Shown here in pieces: positions 12,960 to 22,960 of a stretch of 64,000 nucleotides of DNA (positions are counted from its first letter, which is position 1; every line of letters begins with the position of its first letter). The DNA comes from Vicugna vicugna (taxonomy: Eukaryota). The notes beneath the pieces were generated by a model. The model worked only from the letters and a program-made list of their open reading frames with translations. It had not been told where the DNA came from and made no database searches. A program made the position numbers and the translations under genes. Location of the stretch: NCBI GenBank assembly GCA_013265495.1, contig MU057560.1:570753-634752 (forward strand). The letters run 5' to 3'.

Positions 12960-14094
12960 AAAAGACAGGCAAAATAGAGAAGGAAATTCACAAAAGGCAA
13001 TAATGGAACAGGAACCTTGATGGATATTTGTAAACAAAACAACGTGACAGTGTCTTAAAAAATATAGTGTCGTCAATAGAAAAACAGACGAAGCTCCTGG
13101 AAGACCTCATTCCTCTGTGGCTTGTCTTTCGGTTGCAGGCATGGACACTGAGTCAAGCTCACTGAGCTGTAGGAGAGAAGCACAGCCCTGGACGATTATG
13201 TCCTCCCAGGCTTGGTGACCACCTAGGGAATTTAACTAGGCTGGAGAGGGAGGAGGAGTGCAGGCTTAAAGTGCCTTTAAGGAGGAAGAGGGAAGAAAAA
13301 GCGGGTATTTTCTTATGCGCTAGTGTGTCTGATTGTGTGATCAAAGCCCTGGAGGGCGCTGGGTAACCCCCGCATGGTCTTTTCCCTAGAGTCTCTTTCC
13401 AAACGCCCAGTCAGCTTAGAGGACACGGGACCCACAAAGTGATTGTGCAGCCTTGATTTAGCCAAGAAATCTTTCCTCAAAGGATACCTAAGCAGAGACC
13501 CCCTCTGTATAAAGCAGGCAGAGGTGACAAGGTGTAAGGTCCCCAGAGGCCACTGGCTCCTACACAGCCACCCCGCTGAGCCCACGTGCATCCCCAGCCT
13601 CTGGGCGGACGCAGTGGGCCAGCTCTGGCGACCAGAGAACGGCCGTAAGACTGTGCACTGCCCCCTCAACACTGCCCTGAGTCCAGGGCCACGGAAACGT
13701 CTTTGGGGACCAGCTGATGGCGTCAGGCCTGCAGGCCTTGCTCCTTGTCCAGCTCCAGGTCACAGTCGCAGAGCCACGCAGGAGGCGGGCAGCGCGCACA
13801 CTCCCCGCCTCCTAGCCCGCGCCTCCCTGGCCTCCCTCCTCCCGTGACTCTGCGACGAGACTGGGGACAGGGGAGCACCGGGCCCCCGCAGTCAGCGCTG
13901 CTGTCATCTGGAGGGCAGGAGGGCACGACGGTCGTCAGCCTCAGTCCGCCTGACGAGTTATTTTCTCCTTCAGATCAGACATCCTGGGAGAAGCCGTTTT
14001 ATAAGTAAGCTACACTGATGTGTGTCTCAGTACCGTTTAAGTAGAACCACCCACGTGGCTCTGAAACCCCAGCGGTGCAGCAGACTGGTCACGC

Positions 14095-14195
14095 GGCCTC
14101 TGACTTGCTGCTTGAACTGTGTGGACCCTGGTTTCCTTACCTATGAGACAAAAATGACACCACCCACCACACAGGGCTGTTAAGGACTCAACATG
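14095..14195 (+). mobile_element. MIR fragment
   Basis: ctgtgtggaccctggtttccttacctatgagacaaaaatgacaccacccaccacacagggctgttaagg resembles MIR core. Confidence 0.5.
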
Positions 14196-15289
14196 CCAGC
14201 CTCCGGACCAGGGGACAGCAGAGAACAGATGCTCTGGGCAAACACCAGGCGCCCTGCCCCACGCTCCTTTCCCTGATCTGAATCGGGTTCCTTGCCGAAA
14301 ACACAGAAATTAACTGCCCCGCTGTCTTGCGAACGCTGTCGCAGCTCACCCACACATCCCTCTCAAGGCTGCCGAATGGTTCCCTGCCTTGAGGAACTCA
14401 GCGGCCCTGCCCGTGAGCTTCGCCAGGTGTGACTCAGGGCTCAGCGCGGTCTTTGCCAAGAGCTTTCCTTGGGGGATGGGAGCACAGGGCATGCCGCCAC
14501 CCCGGGGCCCTGGACCCCGTTTTCCCTCCGCCATCACTTCCTACTGGAATCCATTAGGACAAGGCATAAGGAAACTCAAACAGGCAGCAACAGTGTGTCA
14601 TTCGGGTAACTCTCCCTCTGACAGAGACTGATGGCTTCTGCGGGGCTGAGGTCATCACTGGGAAGACACGACCAGCTGACCTGGCACTTCGGGGAAACCG
14701 TGGAGATGGCGAGTGGGCTGCAGAAAGAGTCCTGGGTGCTTTCTAGGCTTCCCCTGCCGTGATCTCAGAGGCAGAGACTCCTGCGGTGGGAGGCACCTTC
14801 TGCCCGCACGAGAGAGGGCCAGGCGGATTCGGGGTCTGGCAGCCCAAGGCGGGCAGCTCGCCGGCTGGCGGGTGGGCTCGGAAGCCGAGCTCTGCCCTTG
14901 AACTGACCTGCCTTTTCTCCAGCCCCCCTCATTCCTCATCCTGTCACTGCCCGCCCTTCGATCGCCCGCCACCAGCATCCAAGCATGTCCCTTAGCTCGG
15001 GGTGGCCTTTCAGAGGACACAGGCTGTGCTTCTACCTCCAGGGTTCCCCAGCAGATTTGGGAAGATGAAGGAGGCCCGCGAATGTTTAATGCGGAAATTC
15101 ACCACGTGGCACAGCAAGGAAGGCGAGCAGGTAGGGGGAGTCCCAAACAGCTGATTTGCATCTTCAGTGAGATGCTTTTCTTCCCAGATGCCCCCTACCT
15201 GAAGTCAGACGCCGATGAAAAGCACCGAGCACAGATCACCCGGCCCGCATGGCACAGAGGATGCTGGCGTCGGCTGCACCGTAACACCT

Positions 15290-15440
15290 TAGCAGCAGCT
15301 TGTGAGGTGTGTGAATCGCAGAGGAGTAAACCAAGACCCAAAAAGCGGGAATAAACTGCCCGATGGCACACAGCTATTAAGTGAAAGGGCAAGGACTGAA
15401 ACCCGGGTTATCTGCCCTGGAAACCGAGCCCTGAGCCCGG
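15290..15440 (-). mobile_element. MIR fragment
   Basis: aaactgcccgatggcacacagctattaagtgaaagggcaaggactgaaacccgggttatctg. Confidence 0.6.
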
Positions 15441-16552
15441 GCGCTTGCAGTCACGGAAGGTGTTGCACGTTCTGCACGTGGCCTGTTTACAAACGAAATT
15501 GCTCTCAGTTTGCCCGTTAGTTCATAACCGCTGACCTCATGTGCTGGTTCACTTCCTGCTCTGAGTTAGAAATGAGCAGACATTGCAGCAACCAGTTATT
15601 CCTCATTTTTACTAGTCTGTCGTCGTCCTTGCAAATTTTCAAGTACCCAAATCAATTCATTCCTTTAACTGCACAAGCCAGTGTCAAAAGGAACGGGGTT
15701 ATGGGTACACATGTCTTGTGCCACGTGTTGTAAAATTGCTACCATCCTTCGCCGTTTTAGAGACGGGCTCTCAAAGTGGGGCTGCTTCCTTGTAACTTTG
15801 AAGACGTTACTTTGAATCTCCTTAGGCTTAAGGATCTTTCATGTGGCGACAAGGATGTGAATTCCACCCAGGAAGAAAGCGCACCTGTCCGCTCCCGCGG
15901 TGAGCGGCGCTCCCTGCAGTATGAGGAGCCCACGGCGGTCACAAAGCGCCTCCTGACCGGTGGGTGAATCCCGACCAGAGCGAGATGTTTGGCTGCTGCC
16001 TTGTGGAATGATGGCTTCACTCTTCTTTCTGAAAACTCCCATTCATTCAAGACTTCCTTCAGCCCGTCAAGAGCTGCCCTGCGTTTATTCTGTATGAGGC
16101 CTGTCTGTGCTTAAATTGCATGGCCACTGTGCTCGGGGGAGGCTGGTGAGCTTATTAGCCCTGGGTCCCCCCAGGGGCGCTGGTGCCGGGGACGGGGAGC
16201 AGGCCCACGGCAGACGGCCTGGCAGCGCAGCACCGCAGGGGCGGGCGGACTCTGAGATCTGGTCAAGAGCTCGAGAAGCGTCCTGGAAGGGGAGGCCGGG
16301 GAGCCTTGGAGAGGGCGTTCGGCATCCGCGCCCCCGGAAATCAGAAAGGCGGAGACTTCCGGCGGTTGGGAGGTCATAGGCAACTGTGTGGATGTTAGGG
16401 AAGAGAAGAGAATGTGGGCTATTCAAATGGTAAAGAGAAGAGTGCTACAGCCGCAGCTCCAGGTGTCAGAGGCAGGAAGCACAGGACACTAAGCAGACAA
16501 AGAGTAACCAGGTTTGAGGAAGAAGCAGTGTGCGTGCTTAACCCTTCCCAGG

Positions 16553-17418
16553 AGTTTGGGTTGAACTGTGTCCCCCAGAGAGATATGTGACATCCTGACC
16601 TCCCAGCACTGAGGATTGTGATCTTATTTGGAAGCAGGGTCTTTGCAGATGGAATTAAGCTGAGATAAAGCCACTAGGGTGGCCCTCAGCCAGTATGACC
16701 CCTGCCCTGACAGGAGGAGGGAAGGCCAGGCCCAGCCACAGGGAGAAGGCTGCGTGCGGTGGTGGGGGCAGGACTGGAGCGCGCAGCTGCAGCCCTAGGG
16801 CTGGCAAGGATTTCCAGAGCGGCCAGAGGTGGGGACAGGCAGGAAAGGAGGCCCCCGTGTGTGCCAGGCCTGCCGCGATAAGGTCCCACGGGCTGAGTGA
16901 CCTCAGTGACAGAGACGGGTTGTCTCCCAGCTCTGGAGGGTGGAGGTCTGAGAGCAAGGTGTCGGCGGGCCCACGCTCCCTCCGAAGGCTCCAGGGCAGG
17001 GTCTGCTCCACGCCTCCCTCCCAGCTGCTGGGAGTTGGCTGGCATCCGTCTGTGTTTCCTACGTGTAGACACGTCACTCCCTCCTCTGCCTTCACGTCGC
17101 AGGCTGTTCTCCTGGGGCTGTGTCCAGACACCCTCTCCCAAGGACACCGGTCTCACTGGCGCAGGGCCACCCTCTTCTAGCTGACCCCATCTTAACTAAA
17201 GCTGCAATGAACCTGTCTCCAAATAAAGTCACCTTCTGAGGTTTCTAAGGTCCTGGGTGTTAGGACCTCAGCATGAGAACTTGGGGGGAACACAATTCGA
17301 CCCCCACCTTTCTTTAAAGGTTTTGGGGGGGAACTAAATTTGGACTCTGGCTTCCAAAACGGTGGTTGTTTCAGGCCACCCAGTTGTAACTGTTACAACC
17401 CCCGAGAAAACTGATACA
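16553..17418 (+). mobile_element. MLT1C-like solo LTR, split (about 16553-16855 and 17308-17418) by a nested LTR
   Basis: 5' end gggttgaactgtgtccccc...cttatttggaagcagggtctttgcagatg; 3' end resumes as ggactctggcttccaaaac...ggccacccagttg...aaaactgataca. Confidence 0.8.
16857..17306 (-). mobile_element. MLT1C-like solo LTR, near full length, nested antisense
   Basis: cagctctggagggtggaggtctgagagcaaggtgtcggc...ccaaataaagtcaccttctgagg...ggggggaacacaattcgaccc is the reverse complement of MLT1B/C. Confidence 0.85.
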
Positions 17419-17543
17419 GCTGCGAAAATAAAAGGGGGGATAAACCGAGAGCTCAGAGAGGAGGTGTGTTTTTAGAGGAAGGACTATTTCGGGAAGTTGA
17501 GCAAGTACACGGAGGGCATCTGGACACGCGGGAGGCAGAGGCA

Positions 17544-17701
17544 GGGCGGGGCGTGGGGAGCGGGACGGTTGGTGGACGATGGGCGTGGGTGGCATCGGGC
17601 CGGGCTGGAGGGCGAGGGGGTGCTTGTAAGTCTGTTTTACTCACGTGATCAGTCACTGCTTTGGCCGCAGACGGGAGACAGGGTGGGACGATGGTGACGT
17701 G
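17544..17701. promoter_or_regulatory. G-rich Sp/KLF + E-box + CRE-half cluster with two G4 motifs
   Basis: gggcggggcgtggggagcggg (17544-17564), gggcgtgggtggcatcgggccggg (17581-17604), TCACGTGA (17641-17648), TGACGT (17695-17700). Confidence 0.4.
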
Positions 17702-19177
17702 GGGAGGGGCCTCCGGACCTTTGGAGGCTGGGCTGGGGCTGTTTTCACAGGGAGCGGAGTCTCTTGCAAGAAATGAGAGCATTCTTTCCTTCTTTATCTT
17801 CCCTGACCGACCCCAATCTGGACGCGGAACAGATCTCAGCGAGAAACTGAAAGCAGTATTCCGAAGCGGAGTGGACCAAGGGAAGTTTCCAACTCCGTGT
17901 TGAGTTATTTATTCAGTGTATGGGCTCACTTACCATCTGGCATGTTTCTCTCTCATCAGGGTTAGAAAAGGTTTAAACCCCTTTCCTGGGCACCCCAGGA
18001 GGAGACCCCCCCACTATTTCACTCCCTCTCCTCCCCAGCCTGACCTTGAGCTGTCCCCAAGCTCAGGGTCACCACCCCCAGCCCTGGGGCTGCCCCGTGC
18101 CCTGGGCCAGCTCCTGGACTGGGTCTTCAGCCTCGCCAGCACCAGCTCCCCCCACCCAGGACCGTCTGCCAAGCTGATGGCTCAGTCACGGGGAGACCTT
18201 GAGTGTTTCTTTTTTCTATTTTTTAATTATTTTAGTCACACTGCATGTGCTTTGACTCATGTTACAAATAAAGCTCGGATGATCCATCGGTCAGAGACGT
18301 TTCTCCATCATTTCATTAGCTTTTGAGATACATCAAGCCAAGTCACGTTTTTAGAAGATGTCGCTCCGGTGTACATTTCAGCTAAAATCACTACCCGGTT
18401 TCAGTTTCAGAGGCGGGTTTTGCAAATTAATATGGTTCAGTTCAGCTTTGGGTTCACAATTCGGGTCAGGTCACGACCCTGAAAGCATTCCTAGATAAGG
18501 TGGCTGATATTAATTTCTTATAATAATAATGCTGAAGACAGACATGAAAATAACCCTTTGTCTGTGACCCCAAGGTCCTTGCAAAAATACAAAGGAAAGA
18601 TCCCTGCATGATTTTCTTAAACCAGCACAAGATTGGAGCGTCTGTGGTATAAACTCTGTGGTGCGAGCTCTGCGGTGCATGTGCGTAGAGCTTCCAAAAC
18701 AAGCGGGGCCAGGGCCCTTCAGGGATGACACTCTTAAAACTTCCTTTTAGAAAAAGTGGGCATTTAATATTCAAGTGGCTCATGGGCGAACGGTGATTTA
18801 GGTGCCAGAGGGTGGGTATTCTGCCAGGCAGGAGTCCTGAGAACTTGAAACCCATTGCTGTTTTGCTGAAACACACTTTGATCAACAATGGGATTTTTTT
18901 TCATTGTCTTTGCTCTTAAGGTAGCGTTTACTTGCCAGTGTGTGGAGCTTTCCCTAAAAACTACGCCCACCTGCAGGAGACGGCAGGGCCTGCCCTGTCC
19001 CCGCCCCACCCAGAGCCACTTGCAGGCTGTGCCATGTTCCAGGAGGAGAGCAGAGCAACCAAAGCTGCTAGAACGGGAGGTCGTCCTGTACCTGAACGTC
19101 TCAACGAGCAGATGCCAAGGGCCCCGTGAGAAGGTGTGCTTTGTATACGGGGGGTGCTACTCATCCGCTTAAAAAGG

Positions 19178-19510
19178 TGGAATGGATGGACCTGGGGGTA
19201 TTATGCTAAGTGAAGTAAATCAGATAGAAGAAGATAAATACCACATAATCCCACTCATAAGTGGGATATTAAAAACAAAGAATAGATAGGCAAAACCAAA
19301 CAAGACCAAACACAAAGATACAGAGGACAGAGTAGTGGTCACCAGAGGGGAGGGGGCAGGGAAGGGCGAATCGGGCGAGGGACCACTTGTGGGGTGACAA
19401 ATGGAAACTAAGCTTTTGGAGGTGAGCGCATCGGGGGTAACAGAAGCAGAGGAGCAATGTACACATGAAACACACAATGTTTAAACCGATAAGACCTCAA
19501 TAAAAAATAA
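19178..19510 (+). mobile_element. L1 3' end (older laurasiatherian type)
   Basis: ggatggacctgggggtattatgctaagtgaagtaaatcag...gtacacatgaaacacacaatg...cctcaataaaaaataa. Confidence 0.85.
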
Positions 19511-19532
19511 GGTTTGAAAAAGTCCTCACACA

Positions 19533-19860
19533 TGTGAACTTATTTACGAAACAGAAATAGACTCACAGGCGTCGAAGACAAACTTACGGTTACCGGGGTG
19601 GGGCGGGGGGAAGGAAGTAGGAAGGGGTAAACTGGGAGCTCGAGATTTGCAGATGTTGACTACCGTATATGAAATAGAGAAACAACCAGTTTCTTCTGTA
19701 CAGCACGGGAAACTGTATTCAGTGTCTCGTAGTAACCTATAATGGAGAAGAATACGAAAAAAATCTGCAAATGTGTGTATGACTGACAATTACTGTCCAC
19801 CAGAAATTGACAAGCACTGTAAACTGACCGAGCTTCCATCATCAATCAATCCATAAAATA
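19533..19860 (+). mobile_element. L1 3' end (camelid type)
   Basis: gaacttatttacgaaacagaaatagactcacag...gagatttgcagat...caccagaaattgacaagcactgtaaactgac. Confidence 0.85.
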
Positions 19861-21109
19861 TATTAATAAGAAGAGTCCATAAATTTTTCTTTCTTTTCTT
19901 TCCCTTTGTGTTTGTCCAAACCACAGAGCCACTCTAATGCCACTTCCAGAACTGCTCCTCACGCGTGGCTGAGCCCCAGGGAACCCTCCGCCGCACCCCC
20001 ACCCCCAGGCTGTAGGGGCAGGTCTTCCGGGCCTCGGGCCCCAGTCAGTCTTTCTTCTTTTCCCCTTGGCTCCCTCTCCCCATTTTTCTACTTCTTGCCA
20101 CAGTCTCAAAAAACAAAGCAGAAGAAAACAAAAACAAAAACAAAACCCTGGTGTCAGGAGTCGGGGTATAAGTCTGTAATGAGATGACAGACCCCCCCCC
20201 ACACACACACACACACATTAATACACATTCTCACAGACGGTGGTCCCCGCAGTGACCGCTCGGATGGTCAGCGCAGCACCTCCGGCCTCAGCCTCTCCGC
20301 ACATCCCCCCTGGAGGACTCCGACTGGGTCACACAGCCCTGTTGTCACGCTGGCTGCTGAACATAGCTGTGGATAATCCCCCAGCCCCTGCCGGGGCTGC
20401 CTGGAAAACCCCTGTAATTTTAAACAGGCCTTGTCTCCCAGCCGTCCCTTGCCCTGAACCCTGGCAAGGTGGGGCCGGTGACTCATCCAGGCCCTGGCCT
20501 CAGGCTTGGCGCTTGTCTCCACGGGCAGCCCTGCCCGGAAACAGCTGGGACCACAGTGGGGGCTCCCATGGGGAGGGCTCTCAGCTCTGGGTTCCAGCAA
20601 CTGGGAGGGAGGGAGGGAGGGACGGAGGCTCTTCCTTGGGACGTGCCAGGCTAAATCAATCCTTTCCCTTTCAGCTTAGAGATAAAAACGTTAAGTGTCA
20701 TTCCAGCACTCAGCACCCAGGAATGTCCCCGCACAGCTGACAGCCCTCGACTGCCATTTAGGAAGCATGAGATGCCGGCTGACAGACCCACCCCCGGGGC
20801 TCAGTGCATGCCGAGAAAGTCCTGGAAACGAATGAATGAAATAGCTAGAGTCTCAGCATGCAGCCCTCACCCTGGGACACGGCGCCCTAATGCAGCAGGG
20901 CCAGTTCTACGGGCGATAGTGACCCCTCACAGTGACATAGGGCTCCTTAGTTTACAAAGCGCTTTCAAGGCCATCAGCGCATGTGACCCTGGGGACAGCC
21001 CCGGGAGGCAGCAGGGTTGCTATTTTTAGTGTTACATACTACCCCCACCCCCGCATACCTACCCCCTCCAAAACGCTTATCACTGTTCTGTAACGACTGG
21101 CTCACACTG

Positions 21110-21300
21110 CGTTACAGTGGAAAGAACACGGGTCCTGAAACCAGACAGACTTGCCCGTGACGTTTGGCTTGGTCACGTACCGGACAGCCTGGCCTTAGGT
21201 CTGGTGCCTCCTCTCTCTGAGGAAGCTATTGGCCTCTCCTGGTTGTGGTCCGAGTTAAATGATGAGATGCACCTGGAAGCACCGAGCCCAGGGTCTAGAA
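21110..21300 (+). mobile_element. MIR fragment
   Basis: cagtggaaagaacacgggtcctgaaaccagacagac...gagttaaatgatgagatgcacctggaagcac. Confidence 0.6.
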
Positions 21301-21445
21301 CGAGGTCGGTACCCCACTGACGCCGGATTCTCACCTCCCCCGGGAGGATGCCGGTGACTGGAAGACTGGCCCCAGGCTCATTTATTTTTTTATCCCCACA
21401 GCTTAGCACAGGACTTGGTACATGGGTGCATTATTTAAAAACAAG

Positions 21446-21715
21446 GCATAGAAAACAAACTTCTGGTTACTGACAGAGAAAGGGGGGAGGGGGTAAATTG
21501 GGAGTTTGGGATTAGCAGATACTAACTACTGTATATAGAAGAGATAAACAACAAGGACCTACTGTAGAGCAAGGGAACTGCATTCAATAGCTTGCAATAA
21601 TTAATAATGAAAAAGAATATGACAAAGAATGCATATATGTATAACTGTGCTATACACCAGAAATTAACACAACAATGTAAATCAACTGCACATCAACTAA
21701 ATAAACAAATAAACA
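21446..21715 (+). mobile_element. L1 3' end (cetartiodactyl/camelid type)
   Basis: catagaaaacaaacttctggttac...gggagtttgggattagcagatac...caacaaggacctactgtagagc...caccagaaattaacacaacaatgtaaatcaac. Confidence 0.9.
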
Positions 21716-21881
21716 CAAGAAAGAACACAAGTGCTGTGTGAATGCACAAACCCTATTTTTTAAGCATGTAAACAGAAGCCCAAAGTCGCCAACTGTTCTG
21801 TCCAGGAGGGAACTGGATTTCTGTTTCCTCTATGGGCTGCTCTTCCTCCTACCCCATGCTCTCAAGGATCTGTTGTTCAGT

Positions 21882-22021
21882 GGGGGGAGGGTACAGCTCA
21901 AGTGGTAGAGTGCATGCTTAGCACACACAAGGCCCTGGGTGCAATCCCCAGTACCTCCTCTAAAATAAATATATAAATAAACCGAATTACTTCCCCAACC
22001 AAAAATAAGTAAATAAATAAA
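21882..22021 (+). mobile_element. Camelid tRNA-derived SINE (vic-1 type)
   Basis: ggggggagggtacagctcaagtggtagagtgcatgcttagc (A box)...gggtgcaatcccc (B box), A-rich tail; perfect 14-bp TSD gatctgttgttcag at 21867-21880 and 22022-22035. Confidence 0.92.
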
Positions 22022-22394
22022 GATCTGTTGTTCAGCGATCTCAATAGTTAATTAAATTTCTTCTCCAAACACAGTCTTTGTTCAGACACCTTACTGTGTC
22101 TCCTGGTTTTTTCCCAATGACATCAACTTCTCGAGGAAATTAAAGAGGCTCTTCTGCACAAAATGGCTGGGACACCCCGGGTGGTAGCACCCACTGGGCC
22201 TAAGCTATTGTGAGCTAATTAGCCCTGCCGCCGATATGCAGAGCAAGCACCTCGTGAGGAAGGTTTTCTGAGAATTGTCTAATGAGGGAGTGTAACACAG
22301 AGTTGATTCAAAAAAGATCTCAGCTAGGTTGTCTCTAGGTAAGTGGATGCCAAATTGATGCTTTCAAGTTCAAACCTAATTATGTTAACCTTCA

Positions 22395-22960
22395 GTTTAA
22401 AACCTCTGGTGTCTTCCTCCATCACTTTGGATCAAGGCAGAATCCTCCACCTGGTCTCTGAGTCCCTAAGTAGCTCCTGCACCAGGATACTTTCCTCACT
22501 GCTCTCCTTCCCACTTTCTCCTCTAGTCCCCTGGGCCCCATCTGGTTTTTTAATGTCACAACTTTCCCTCTCCCTCGGGCCGAGCTCTTTCATCTCTCCA
22601 GAAGCCCATCCCCTCCTTTCTCTCCTTAAATTATCTTATTCTTCAGATTTAGGTTCAAATACCATCTCCTCCAAGAAGCCTTCCCTGACTGTCCAGTCTG
22701 CCTCAGCTCAAGCTCTTTGATTGCATGATGCATGGAATCACATTCTTGTCCTGCCAACTTCTTATATTCACCCTTATGTGTATATTTTTCACTGTGGTTG
22801 TTTGAGCGACATTTGTGTTCCTCCTCCAAACTGTATACTCCAAACTGTATACTCCATGAGAACAAAGGTGAGGCCCGTGTGTCTACTTTGGCTTCCTCAG
22901 TGCTTATCACATAGTGCCTGGCTCAGGGCACACACTCAGTTTTTGTTCAGCAGAAATTTG
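22395..22960 (+). mobile_element. L2 3' fragment
   Basis: aaataccatctcctccaagaagccttccctgac...ctccatgagaacaaagg...cacatagtgcctggctcag. Confidence 0.75.

Noticed and set aside
15757..16100. Protein-looking ORFs on both strands (ALDGLKEVLNEWEFSERRVK; NFEDVTLNLLRLKDL)
   Set aside because: No homology that I recognise, weak splice context, and no polyA/TSD for a retrocopy; a BLASTX hit would reopen it
21882..21960. tRNA gene
   Set aside because: tRNA-like head continues into a SINE body with A tail and TSD, and a second copy occurs at 61.9 kb
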